Source: a virus
Taxonomy: Duplodnaviria; Caudoviricetes
Strand: one strand, 5' to 3'
Length of the DNA stretch: 53,502 bases
IMG/VR virus record: IMGVR_UViG_3300029811_000124
Location: 1 to 53,502 of that record
Shown: positions 38,717 through 48,210 of the stretch, one piece after another
Layout: each line of letters starts with the position of its first letter
How positions within the stretch are numbered: the stretch's first letter is position 1
Notes under the pieces: model-generated
The model's input: only the letters and a program-made list of their open reading frames with translations
Databases searched by the model: none
What the model was told of the DNA's origin: nothing
Made by a program: the position numbers and the translations under genes

Positions 38717-39534
38717 TATCTATCTTTAGCTTCATCTATTGTTACATCATAATATATTAAAGTTGATTGAATATTTTTATGCCCCAATAGTTTTTGAGCA
38801 ACTCTAATATTTAATCCTTTTCTAGCTAACAATCTCCCAAATCCGTGCCTCAAAATATGTAGAGTTAATCTTTTTCTGTTGGGAACAAAATCCTTTAAAT
38901 CATTTATTAAATATGCCAATTGTCCAATAGTTATATTAAAGGCGTTGGTTATTTCTGGATAAGTATTAAAATATAAATCAACATTTCTCTTTACTTTTTC
39001 AGTAAAAGGAACTTCTCTCTCCATTCTATTTTTAATCTTACCTTTAACATATACTGTTAATCTATCTAAATCAATATTCTCTCTTTTTAAATTAATAAAT
39101 TCTTGCTTTCTCAGTCCTGTAAAAAATAAAAAATATAATATTGCTCTCAACTTTATTGGGTCTATAAAATAACAAAAACTCATTCCCATAGATACTATTT
39201 CATCTAACTCTTCCTCTGTAATGTAGGAATGAATCTTTTTTGTTTCTTTCAACATTTTAATTTTATAGATATATTTTAATAATTCTTCATTACAGCTACC
39301 CTCTCTTATTAAAAATTTATAAAAACATCTTATAGCTTTGATATCATTATTTATAGTATTATTTTGCCATCCTTTGTTTTTTAAATATATAATATATTCC
39401 ATATAGTTTTCAAATGTCAAATTAATATAATCTATACCTTTCTCACCACAGAATTTTAAAAAACTTCTAATCTTAATATAATAGGTATAATGATAATCAA
39501 CTATTTTTAAATAGTCTTCAAATTTTTTTAACAT
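38698..39534 (-). CDS. Tyrosine recombinase (XerC/D-like)
   Basis: TGLRKQE, K, HILRH, LLGH, T..Y catalytic residues. Confidence 0.93.
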   Translation of the reverse strand: MLKKFEDYLKIVDYHYTYYIKIRSFLKFCGEKGIDYINLTFENYMEYIIYLKNKGWQNNTINNDIKAIRCFYKFLIREGSCNEELLKYIYKIKMLKETKKIHSYITEEELDEIVSMGMSFCYFIDPIKLRAILYFLFFTGLRKQEFINLKRENIDLDRLTVYVKGKIKNRMEREVPFTEKVKRNVDLYFNTYPEITNAFNITIGQLAYLINDLKDFVPNRKRLTLHILRHGFGRLLARKGLNIRVAQKLLGHKNIQSTLIYYDVTIDEAKDRYWEKIK

Positions 39535-39537
39535 AAT

Positions 39538-39810
39538 TTATAATGCCCTCACTACTATTTTATTATTGGGATTTGTTTCGCCAATTATTTTTAGATTGTT
39601 ATAAGTTTCACCTCCCCCCGGATATTCACACAATACCCAATAGTCGTTACATCCTCCACCATTAACTTTGTCTTCTTTTTTCACACAACAACCATTTAAA
39701 TGATTTCGTTTACAATTACCTTTTATACCATTTATACATTTCACTATTCCTTTTGAGGAGTAATTAAAAGATATATAATCTCCTACTTTTAAATCTCTTG
39801 TAGTTATCAT
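39538..39810 (-). CDS. NPN-tag family small protein
   Basis: LKVGDYI ... GETNPNNKIVVRAL. Confidence 0.75.
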   Translation of the reverse strand: MITTRDLKVGDYISFNYSSKGIVKCINGIKGNCKRNHLNGCCVKKEDKVNGGGCNDYWVLCEYPGGGETYNNLKIIGETNPNNKIVVRAL

Positions 39811-39820
39811 ATTATTCCTT

Positions 39821-40057
39821 TTATTCCTTAATTATTATATTGTTATTAGGATTTATAGAATCTATTTTATATATTATTCTTCTACCTTTATCATCAAATT
39901 CATTATAATTGGTATTTACAGAATTGTCAAAATGAATTTCATAAACTGTACCTTTGTTGGTCCCAAAAGAATTAAAAATAACTCCTTGAAAATCTCTAAG
40001 ATTTCTCTCTTTATCTTTATTAGTATTCCAAAAAACTCTATCTCCTACTTTCAACAT
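39821..40057 (-). CDS. NPN-tag family small protein
   Basis: LKVGDRV ... SINPNNNIIIKE. Confidence 0.75.
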   Translation of the reverse strand: MLKVGDRVFWNTNKDKERNLRDFQGVIFNSFGTNKGTVYEIHFDNSVNTNYNEFDDKGRRIIYKIDSINPNNNIIIKE

Positions 40058-40076
40058 ATTCCCCTATTTTTCATAT

Positions 40077-40358
40077 TTACATCTTTATTATTATATTATT
40101 ATTCGGATTAGATATTCCAGTTAATTCCAAATCGCCTTCTATATAACCATTTGTTATCCTTTCATCCCATTCATCCCATTTAACTCTATATTTAAAAAGA
40201 CTGTCATTACGAACTTCAATAATTCTTCCTACTGTCTTACCACAGATACCTCCCCATAGTGGATTATATTTTGAATCAGAAAAACGTCCACTTATATATT
40301 TAACTTTATCTCCAATTTTAAAACATCTCTTTGAATCTTTCTCTAAAAAACTTGGCAT
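40077..40358 (-). CDS. NPN-tag family small protein
   Basis: FKIGDKVKY ... YRVKWD ... GISNPNNNIIIKM. Confidence 0.75.
   Translation of the reverse strand: MPSFLEKDSKRCFKIGDKVKYISGRFSDSKYNPLWGGICGKTVGRIIEVRNDSLFKYRVKWDEWDERITNGYIEGDLELTGISNPNNNIIIKM
40087..40118. repeat. 32-bp perfect direct repeat (second copy 50246-50277)
   Basis: attattatattattattcggattagatattcc at both loci; encodes GISNPNNNII. Confidence 0.9.
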
Positions 40359-41040
40359 ATAACTTCCTCCTTCTTCTATTCAGTCTTGGTGCACTATTAA
40401 CTTCTAATATATAAAATTTTCTATCTAAACCTAACATAATATCTACCGCTCCAAAATCATAGTTTAGTGCTTTAATAGCTTCAATCCCTAATTTTTTGAG
40501 AGTTTCGTTATGTTCTCCATCATAATCCACTTGTCCCCATCCTCTATCTCTTGACCAAATATGAGGATGATTGGAACTATCTTCAAATTTAAACTTTGTA
40601 GAAATACCAATTACCTCGTCTCCACAAACATGAACTCTAAATTCAGTTTCTTTAGGTATGTATTCCACAAAATAATGTCTTTTATTCACCCTTTTTTTCC
40701 TTCTTAGCCAACTTACTCTATTTCTAATATAAATAGCCTCTTTCCCTTTACAATGAAAATATTTTCTTGCAATCACAGGATAGCTATATGTTCTACTTCT
40801 ATTCCAATCAATTAAAGAAACATTTGGAGCATTTAACCCAGCTTCTTTAAATTTTATGATTTGAGTATATTTATTATTAATAAGTTTAGCATTTAAATTG
40901 GCTTTATTTCTTACATCTGTTCTACCATAATTTACTAAAAAATTAACATCTTCCGGTATAACATATCCCCCTTCACAATCCTTTAAATGAAAAGCCAAAT
41001 TAACTGCTGTTTCTCCTTTTCTTGTTCCTACTATGTACAT
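40318..41040 (-). CDS. ATP-grasp ligase (RimK-like)
   Basis: NKY, YPVIARK, EYIP..EFRVHV, DFGAVDI, YILEVNSAP. Confidence 0.9.
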   Translation of the reverse strand: MYIVGTRKGETAVNLAFHLKDCEGGYVIPEDVNFLVNYGRTDVRNKANLNAKLINNKYTQIIKFKEAGLNAPNVSLIDWNRSRTYSYPVIARKYFHCKGKEAIYIRNRVSWLRRKKRVNKRHYFVEYIPKETEFRVHVCGDEVIGISTKFKFEDSSNHPHIWSRDRGWGQVDYDGEHNETLKKLGIEAIKALNYDFGAVDIMLGLDRKFYILEVNSAPRLNRRRRKLYAKFFRERFKEMF

Positions 41041-41057
41041 TCATACCTCCCTTTTTT

Positions 41058-41309
41058 TTATAACTCTAATAGTATATCACTATTTGGATTACCTCTAAAT
41101 ATCTTTAACCAATTTCCTCCATCATTTGCCAATGCCCAAGTATTATTCCATCCTGAACCTCTTTGACCATCTTCTCTTTCTACAGAAAAATAGCCTCTCT
41201 CTTTATTTTTTCTTACCACTTTTCCTTTAACGTGAAGTTCGGAGAGAGATAAAAATACTATTTCATCTCCTACTTTTAATTTTCTAATTATATCTATTTC
41301 AGATCTCAC
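41058..41309 (-). CDS. NPN-tag family small protein
   Basis: LKVGDEI ... RGNPNSDILLEL. Confidence 0.75.
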   Translation of the reverse strand: MRSEIDIIRKLKVGDEIVFLSLSELHVKGKVVRKNKERGYFSVEREDGQRGSGWNNTWALANDGGNWLKIFRGNPNSDILLEL

Positions 41310-42330
41310 TTTCTAACTCCTCTATTGTCAAAAGACCTTTTACGGTTATACGTCTACCTCTAGCTGTTCTCGAAATTAAATTTTCTCCCAAAAGATATGG
41401 CTCTATACAATAGAGATAGTTTTCTGTAGAAGTATTTAAGTAACTTGCTAAACCCTGAAGTCCAACAGTTTTCTCTTGAGCAACATACTTTAAGATTTTT
41501 AAATCTTTATTAGTATAACCATCTTTAATTATATCAAAACTATTAATTACTTCTTTAATGTCTCCTCTAAAGTATATAGTTGCTTCTAATAATCTTAACA
41601 AAGTTCTTGGAGTTCCTCTACAATTTTTAGATATTATTTTATATATCTCCGGATGTAATCCATCGAAAGGAAACATCATTTTTCTATACTGTTTACATAT
41701 TTTAGTCAAATCTTCCAAATCATAGTTTTCTAATTCAATAATAATTTTAAACCTATCATAAAAAGGTCTTCTGTCTTTTAAAATTTCTCCCAATTCAGTA
41801 GTAGCTCCCATTAATGTAAAAGGCTCAATACTTTCCCCTTCAAAATAAAAATCTTCCATTATAGTATATAATTTCTCTACTTCATCCCTTCCAATTGAAT
41901 GAATTTCATCTAAGAACAAAATCCCTCCATTTACCCTTCTTACTGATTCTATAAATTTTTCAAAATTTTTCATTTCACTAGCTATATTTTCCACCAAAGA
42001 AACTTCAAGTTCATTGGCAATTATTTTAGCTAAAGTTGTTTTACCCATTCCTGGATTTCCGTGAATAAGAGTATGAGGAAAAACCAATTTTCTTTCAATA
42101 ATAGCTCCAATATAATTATCGAAAATTTTCTTAGCCCTCTTTTGACCAATATATTCATCAAAAGTCTTAGGTCTAAATAAACTAGGTTTGGTAGTTATTT
42201 TGTTTTCCAGATTTATTTTGTCTTCATCTAGAAAATCAAATAACTTTTTAACTTTATTAAACATTTTCCTACTTCTTCTCCTTTTTTTACAGTTTAATAA
42301 TTTGAATAAGTAAGTAAACAATCTGGACAT
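41299..42330 (-). CDS. ruvB: RuvB-like AAA+ ATPase
   Basis: RPKTFDEYIGQ, GNPGMGKTTLA, FLDEIH, LY..MEDF, FTLMGATT, DRF, RGTPR, EPYL..RT.RGR. Start probably MFNKVK. Confidence 0.9.
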   Translation of the reverse strand: MSRLFTYLFKLLNCKKRRRSRKMFNKVKKLFDFLDEDKINLENKITTKPSLFRPKTFDEYIGQKRAKKIFDNYIGAIIERKLVFPHTLIHGNPGMGKTTLAKIIANELEVSLVENIASEMKNFEKFIESVRRVNGGILFLDEIHSIGRDEVEKLYTIMEDFYFEGESIEPFTLMGATTELGEILKDRRPFYDRFKIIIELENYDLEDLTKICKQYRKMMFPFDGLHPEIYKIISKNCRGTPRTLLRLLEATIYFRGDIKEVINSFDIIKDGYTNKDLKILKYVAQEKTVGLQGLASYLNTSTENYLYCIEPYLLGENLISRTARGRRITVKGLLTIEELESEI

Positions 42331-43316
42331 AAAGGAAACTCATTATATTTTTTAACCAATTTTGAAATCATAAATTCTTCATTACAAGCACCACAATAAT
42401 CAGTTTCCAATTTTAGAAAACCTCTTCTAACTTTTTGTCTACATTTTCTACATAGAAAAAATCTCTTTTCCTTTTCATTCTGAATAGGTCTTACATTTTT
42501 ATAAGAATAACAATTCTCACATTCACCATAATATAAATCATCATCTCCTTTACCAACTTTAGAATATAACCCCTTTACTTTTTCTCTTTTATCTTTTTTA
42601 TCTTTTTTCTCCTCAACTTTCGTTTCTTGATTTCCTTTCAATCTCGAATTTCGAGAATTTTCTAATAATTTTGTTCGACTTCCCTCATACCTATACTTAT
42701 TAAATCCACAATAAAGAACTCTTGTTTCATAACTTCTATTACTATAATAAATTTCTCCACTATCTACTTTTTCTTTTACAAACTCTCCTAGAAACAATAA
42801 TGAACCATCTTTATTCAAAAAAGTAAGTTTGTTATAACTCCCTATCATTTCTACGATTAATTTCTGGAGGACGTCATTTTTATAAATATTTTTTCTCACC
42901 ATTTTATCACTTAATATTGTCATAATAAAATTTTGAGTATCACTTAAATCTCCCATTTTGCTGTTGAAACCATACATTACTCCATTGTGTGCTACTGCTA
43001 AATCACAGTTCATACTAACTTTCCTAATTACCTTTTCATCTTTTGTCAAAGGAAAAGGATGTCTATTCCCTTCATCTACTAATCCACATGTTGCATTTCT
43101 AAAATGAACAATTAAACTATCTTCTTTTTCAATATGCTTTCTCAACCAGAAAATTAAATGTTCTACATTAACAAAGTCTTTTTTAATTATAACTTTATTA
43201 GTTTCTTTCTTCCAATAACAAATTCCAGCCCCATCACTGTTACCAGAATAACCATTTCTCAAATGTTCGTCATTCGGTAAACTAACACCTTTAGCTTTAG
43301 CAACAATTAAACACAT
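42294..43316 (-). CDS. Class II glutamine amidotransferase (Ntn) with C-terminal zinc ribbons
   Basis: N-terminal MC, N.DGAG, HFR.AT.G, HPF, AHNG, SDT. Confidence 0.9.
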   Translation of the reverse strand: MCLIVAKAKGVSLPNDEHLRNGYSGNSDGAGICYWKKETNKVIIKKDFVNVEHLIFWLRKHIEKEDSLIVHFRNATCGLVDEGNRHPFPLTKDEKVIRKVSMNCDLAVAHNGVMYGFNSKMGDLSDTQNFIMTILSDKMVRKNIYKNDVLQKLIVEMIGSYNKLTFLNKDGSLLFLGEFVKEKVDSGEIYYSNRSYETRVLYCGFNKYRYEGSRTKLLENSRNSRLKGNQETKVEEKKDKKDKREKVKGLYSKVGKGDDDLYYGECENCYSYKNVRPIQNEKEKRFFLCRKCRQKVRRGFLKLETDYCGACNEEFMISKLVKKYNEFPLCPDCLLTYSNY

Positions 43317-43357
43317 AAACCCTCCTTAATTAATATTAATTAAACTAACTTTATTTT

Positions 43358-44785
43358 CTACAATGCAGATTTTTTAAAATAACCTACCATATGACCATAT
43401 CTATGTTGTTCTCCCGCCCATTTTTTGAAACCAATCCAAGATTTAGCTTTTAGTAAATAAACAGCAGAAACATCCTTTATAAAATGTGATATTGCATCAC
43501 AATATTGTAAAGTAGCTAAAAATCTATCAATATTTAAAGTTCCTCTAAATATTCTTAATTCAATAGTTGGCTTACCAGTTTCAATGTTTAAACAAATATG
43601 TCTTCCACCTTGAGATTGATTTTTATTAAAATATTTATCCTTCGAAAAATTCTCACTTGCACAAAACTCATTTCCAGTAGATCCTCTTTTTGAAAAACTA
43701 TATATCTTTTCGTAATTAACAGAGTGAAATATCCTCATTTTTTTAATATCTTTAGGAGTGAAAAAACTCTTGGATAAATGTATATGTAATCCACATTTTC
43801 CTCCCCAGTAAGATACAAAACTATTTTCTTTTAGCCATTTCAAAATATATTTGAATCTCATATTTTTATGAGCGTGTTGCAAACTAAAAGGGTGAGTTAC
43901 AATTTCAAATCCTATTTTGTGACCATTATTATCTCTCAAACTACCATCTTCTTTAAAATAAAAATCACTATAAAGTTTTTCCTGAGAAAGAAAATCTTTT
44001 AGATCCTCAGCCTTATTTTCACAATCTTTACATTGTACTTCTAATTCCAAGCCCATCATTAAATCATTATCCCATTTGTTTTTATTAAACTTTAATTTTC
44101 TGGGCATATATGTATAATTTTTAATTATTTTTTCCTCTTCAAAACAAGAAGTGCAATAATAAAGGTTTCTTCTTTCATTAAATCTTAAATTTCTTTTGAA
44201 AAATAAATCTCCACATTTACCACAAATATTGAAAGTAGATTCATAGCAACCTTTACAATAATCTTTATTTTCCAAACCTTTCTTTGTTTCTTTAAGTTTT
44301 TTCTCTTTATTACAAACTACACAAATAGTAAATTGTTTTTTATAACAATTATTACAGTAAAAATCTTTGGCAAGAGAAAACTTTCCTAAAGTTTTTAGCA
44401 AAAACTCTCCACAATGTTTACATATCTCGTAATTCTTAAAACAACTTCTACAAACCCTATAGCCTTGGATTTTTTTCATTAGAGAGCCTCTACATATTTC
44501 CCCACAATCTTCACAAGAAAAATGTTTAATGCCTCCAATAATTCTACCGTTCATATTTCTTTTTATTTTAGTAATACTGGACAAATATACCGGCCAGATA
44601 GGATTTTTTTCTCCAAAATCCTTGCTTAGTTTGTAGAATCTAATCATAGCTATTTTGTTGTTACTAGTTTCATCAACAGCAAACCCCACAATCCTGCCTT
44701 CAGATCCTTCACTACTATAAATATAACTCTTACCTCTTCCGTTAACCTTCACATAACTACCAATCCTCAAATCTGCACTAGCCAC
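43358..44785 (-). CDS. Putative amidoligase (COOH-NH2 ligase type 2) with N-terminal SH3-like and multiple CxxC repeats
   Basis: GLELEV, KEDGSL, FEIVTHP, CGLHIH.S, TIELRIFRGT. Confidence 0.88.
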   Translation of the reverse strand: MASADLRIGSYVKVNGRGKSYIYSSEGSEGRIVGFAVDETSNNKIAMIRFYKLSKDFGEKNPIWPVYLSSITKIKRNMNGRIIGGIKHFSCEDCGEICRGSLMKKIQGYRVCRSCFKNYEICKHCGEFLLKTLGKFSLAKDFYCNNCYKKQFTICVVCNKEKKLKETKKGLENKDYCKGCYESTFNICGKCGDLFFKRNLRFNERRNLYYCTSCFEEEKIIKNYTYMPRKLKFNKNKWDNDLMMGLELEVQCKDCENKAEDLKDFLSQEKLYSDFYFKEDGSLRDNNGHKIGFEIVTHPFSLQHAHKNMRFKYILKWLKENSFVSYWGGKCGLHIHLSKSFFTPKDIKKMRIFHSVNYEKIYSFSKRGSTGNEFCASENFSKDKYFNKNQSQGGRHICLNIETGKPTIELRIFRGTLNIDRFLATLQYCDAISHFIKDVSAVYLLKAKSWIGFKKWAGEQHRYGHMVGYFKKSAL

Positions 44786-44786
44786 C

Positions 44787-45023
44787 TTACACCTCCTTAA
44801 TTATTATATTAGAATTAGGGTTGGTTTTACCTAATACTATTAATTCTCTATCACAAAACCATAAATCCTTTTCATTTAACTCCTCATCTTTAAACTTCAC
44901 TTTCCAACAAAACCTATCCTCAATCCACTTGCATATAATACCAGTTTTTCCTATATAGTTAAAATAATCTTCATAATCCTGGGTTATATCTATAACCTTA
45001 ACTTTTTTACCTATCTCAACCAT
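44787..45023 (-). CDS. NPN-tag family small protein
   Basis: IGKKVKV..GKTGII..WKVKF ... GKTNPNSNIIIKEV. Confidence 0.75.
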   Translation of the reverse strand: MVEIGKKVKVIDITQDYEDYFNYIGKTGIICKWIEDRFCWKVKFKDEELNEKDLWFCDRELIVLGKTNPNSNIIIKEV

Positions 45024-45270
45024 ATTTAACTATTATCCCCGAATTAGGACATCCAACAGATTTCATAAATTTTTTGTCAATCCACCTACAATAACCGTTC
45101 TTCCCTGAGCCGAGACAATCGTGACCACTTCTAACTTTTTCAACAAATTCTACTCCATAATAATCTTTACCAAAATTAGAGACACATATTACCTTGCCTC
45201 TTAATCCATTAAGTTTAAAAGTAGGATAATTTCTATGGTAACAATTAACTTCTATTTTTTTACCTATCAC
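45016..45270 (-). CDS. NPN-tag family small protein (CAP-Gly-like SH3 variant)
   Basis: YGVEF...GHDC.G.GK.G.C.W ... VGCPNSGIIVKYG. Confidence 0.7.
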   Translation of the reverse strand: MIGKKIEVNCYHRNYPTFKLNGLRGKVICVSNFGKDYYGVEFVEKVRSGHDCLGSGKNGYCRWIDKKFMKSVGCPNSGIIVKYG

Positions 45271-45491
45271 AATAATATATCATTATTAGGGTTATCTTCC
45301 ATTATTTCTATATCTTTTAATGACATCCAACCAAAACCAAATGAATCGATTTTCACCTTTTTAACATTATATGACCAATATGCCCATATTTTCTTACCTT
45401 CTACCTTTACTATTCTACCATATCTCCAGATATCACGGCAAGGATCGAGATATCTAATAATAGATCCAATTTTTGCCTCTCTATTCTTCAT
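45267..45491 (-). CDS. NPN-tag family small protein
   Basis: KIGSII ... EDNPNNDILL. Confidence 0.72.
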   Translation of the reverse strand: MKNREAKIGSIIRYLDPCRDIWRYGRIVKVEGKKIWAYWSYNVKKVKIDSFGFGWMSLKDIEIMEDNPNNDILL

Positions 45492-45699
45492 ATTTAACTA
45501 TTATCCCTGAATTGGGACATCCTGCTTTTTCAAAATTTGACTCACAAAACCAATGAGGATATTCTTTTAATTTAATAGCATCAATTCCACTTACTATTTT
45601 AACCTCTTCAATCGTTCCAACATCTCCAATTTTTATAGGAGTACAATCGCAGACTATCCTTTTAACCCTATCTCCAACTTTAAGTTTCATTATTTTCAA
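45481..45699 (-). CDS. NPN-tag family small protein
   Basis: LKVGDRVKR..IGDVGTI ... AGCPNSGIIVKYEE. Confidence 0.75.
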   Translation of the reverse strand: MKIMKLKVGDRVKRIVCDCTPIKIGDVGTIEEVKIVSGIDAIKLKEYPHWFCESNFEKAGCPNSGIIVKYEE

Positions 45700-45953
45700 A
45701 GTTTAATTATTATATTGTTATTGGGATTAGATGTTCCTACATATTTAAATCTTTTATTTTTCATAGAATAAATTTTTTTAGTTTTAATACTTTTTACACA
45801 ATATAACCCTGTAGAATTGGCTCCGTAATTCTTAAATCTTTTAAGAATAACAATATCTCCCATAAAAGAATGAGGGGAGCCCAAACTTACAACTTTTAGC
45901 ACATCTCCAATTTCTATTTTATCGCTCATAAATGCGTTTCCCTGCGTTTTCAT
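45696..45953 (-). CDS. NPN-tag family small protein
   Basis: IEIGDVLKV ... GTSNPNNNIIIKL. Confidence 0.75.
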   Translation of the reverse strand: MKTQGNAFMSDKIEIGDVLKVVSLGSPHSFMGDIVILKRFKNYGANSTGLYCVKSIKTKKIYSMKNKRFKYVGTSNPNNNIIIKL

Positions 45954-46034
45954 ATTAAGGCATATTAGTACACACCTTTAACACTAAAATCGATTCTAGA
46001 CCTATCCTCGTGTTATTAAACACTATTCTGGTAA
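45932..46034. repeat. Intergenic element, copy B (inverted relative to 6862-6988)
   Basis: See copy A. Confidence 0.9.
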
Positions 46035-46040
46035 GGGGTC

Positions 46041-46316
46041 TTAATCATCCCACCCTTTTACCACTATATCTGGACAATTTACATTACCTACCTTTTTTAA
46101 CGAATAAACAATATGACCATTAGGATCGAAAGTATTTAATCCAAAACACATACCATTTATTTTATCTTCACATCCCAAATTTCCACAAGGTCCGATTATA
46201 CAAGTAGTTATTGTTTCAATTTTAAAAGGAGAACTTCCCCCATATTGAGATATTTCCTCTTTTGGGAAATTTTCAGGGAAATCTACTTTTACCATATCTC
46301 CAATTTTAAATTCCAT
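46041..46316 (-). CDS. NPN-tag family small protein (Cys-rich, degenerate tag)
   Basis: FKIGDMVKV ... CEDKINGMCFG ... VGNVNCPDIVVKG. Confidence 0.65.
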   Translation of the reverse strand: MEFKIGDMVKVDFPENFPKEEISQYGGSSPFKIETITTCIIGPCGNLGCEDKINGMCFGLNTFDPNGHIVYSLKKVGNVNCPDIVVKGWDD

Positions 46317-46730
46317 ATTACCAATCCTTCCCTAGTTGAAAATTAATTCTCAAGTTACAACTCTTACCCATTTTATAATAGCTTATTCTTATTCTCCACC
46401 ATAACAAATCAAAAAATACATATTTAGTTCTTTTTAACTGTAAAACTCCTTTTTTAATACTCATATTCCGACTCCTATTAAATTTGGAAATGACAATTAA
46501 GCATATTGGAAAAATAACCAAAATAAATGTTTACAAAGCGACTCCTTGGCATATAATATAAGTGTAGCTTAAAAGAGGTAAGTTATTAGTACCAGTCTTG
46601 GTTTTATATTTCTATATTTTCCACTCTTTTTTAAACATAGGTCAGGATTGTCAATAAAGAAATCCTTAACTCCTTTATACTCTACATTTTATACTAATAG
46701 GGATTGAACACTATATAGACAACTTTACTA

Positions 46731-47294
46731 TTATTTCTTTGTCTCCTCTTCTTCTAACCTTCTAGCTTCATTTAAAATATCAATCTTATTCTGTTTCAAA
46801 ACAAGACCACCAATAAAATTATCGGTTATCTGACTACCAAGATGTTTTTGTACTAATAACGCATTAGCTGTTTTTACATAAGTATCACTAATTACTTTTT
46901 TCATTTCATTTTCTCCTGTTTTATTTACCAATCTTAAATTCTTAAATTCGACTCGTTGATCACAGAGTTTTCCCTTTTTATTTCCTCTACAATTTGTACC
47001 ATTTACGTCTAACACTATAAAAGTTTCACCAGCGTTCCAATAACTACCATCAGCTTTATTCTTCAATACTTCTACTTCATCTCCAACTTTAAACTTATAT
47101 TTACTCACCTCCTCTTTTTCTACTGTACCTAATAGAATAAAAGATTTAGAACTATGATTGCCACCACCTGGAAATTCTTTTAATATTAAAGTTCCAAATT
47201 TTACATCAGTAATTGTTCCAACATCTCCCACTTTCATTCCATTATGATCCCCCATAACCCTTTTTACAATATTACCAACCTTAAACTTACACAT
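46731..47294 (-). CDS. Protein with two tandem SH3/KOW-like modules, no NPN tag
   Basis: KFKVGNIVKR..VGDVGTI and KFKVGDEVEV repeats. Confidence 0.6.
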   Translation of the reverse strand: MCKFKVGNIVKRVMGDHNGMKVGDVGTITDVKFGTLILKEFPGGGNHSSKSFILLGTVEKEEVSKYKFKVGDEVEVLKNKADGSYWNAGETFIVLDVNGTNCRGNKKGKLCDQRVEFKNLRLVNKTGENEMKKVISDTYVKTANALLVQKHLGSQITDNFIGGLVLKQNKIDILNEARRLEEEETKK

Positions 47295-47873
47295 TACACC
47301 TCCTCCGATTCTTTTAGTTTTAATAATAAATCTTTAACTTCTGCTCCAAATGTTTTATTTAACCATTTTAAATATATTTTTAATAATCCTCTTTTAACTA
47401 TAAATTTGTACGCATATGTATGTAGCATATAATGTAAACATCCTTTAATTTTAACCTTATTTTTATAAGTTCCATCTTTACTTCCACTAAGATGATGTTT
47501 TTCAAACTTACTTATCCATATCATATTAACTATCTCTTTAAAGTCTTTAGACTTTTTAGAAGATATTTTACCTTCTTTATTTAAAACATCAATCCTATTT
47601 AATAATGTTTTTAATTTCATTCTTCCTCTTCAGTCCATTCATAGTGAGAACATTCTAAAACTTTATGGTTACTATAAACACTTGTTTTATTATTTGTAAT
47701 TCTTTCCGTTCCATATATTTCAAATAATTCAGGTATTCTACACCTAATAACCTTCTCTTCTTTTTCAAATATACCATAACCATATTCTTTACTTCTCCTT
47801 TCCTCTTCTAATATTTCACCAAAACTTTTGTAATACATTAAAAACTCCTATTTTGGTTTTACCATATTGACAT

Positions 47874-47902
47874 ATTATACAATTCGGATTATCCTCTAAC
47901 AA
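47874..47902 (-). promoter_or_regulatory. Sigma-70-like promoter
   Basis: TTGTTA-N17-TATAAT on minus strand, just after the Ubl terminator and ~35 nt before the next ATG. Confidence 0.5.
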
Positions 47903-47917
47903 AATAATTATAAATAC

Positions 47918-47945
47918 AATTAAGGGAGAATTAACTCCCTTAATT
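47918..47945 (-). terminator. Hairpin terminator after the Ubl gene
   Basis: Perfect 11-bp stem AATTAAGGGAG / CTCCCTTAATT, 6-nt loop, AT-rich tail. Confidence 0.65.
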
Positions 47946-47951
47946 TTAAAA

Positions 47952-48179
47952 CTATCCTCCCTGTACAGCAGTTACTACTGTAATCAGATCTCCTTTCTTT
48001 AACATATAAGTTTTATTAACCACTTTACCGTTCACTCTAATTGCGGAATTATATGTTAAATCTTTCTTTTTCAGTAACTCATCCAGAGAAATGGGTTTAG
48101 ATAGTTTAATGTTTTTAGCTTGTTCTGCTAACTTAGCTAAAATCACAACTATACTTTTGGATGCTACACGTCTAGCCAC
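47952..48179 (-). CDS. Ubiquitin-like beta-grasp protein (ThiS/MoaD/Ubl) with C-terminal GG
   Basis: SL.ELL, IRVNG, LKKGD.I.VV..VQGG*. Start GTG after GGAGGTGA. Confidence 0.85.
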   Translation of the reverse strand: MARRVASKSIVVILAKLAEQAKNIKLSKPISLDELLKKKDLTYNSAIRVNGKVVNKTYMLKKGDLITVVTAVQGG

Positions 48180-48210
48180 ACTGATCACCTCCTTTTTTGT
48201 TAGATTTTTA

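Noticed and set aside
46522-46730. Non-coding gap containing TTGACA and a short frame interrupted by TAG
   Set aside because: No properly spaced -10, convincing structure or credible ORF; not enough to call
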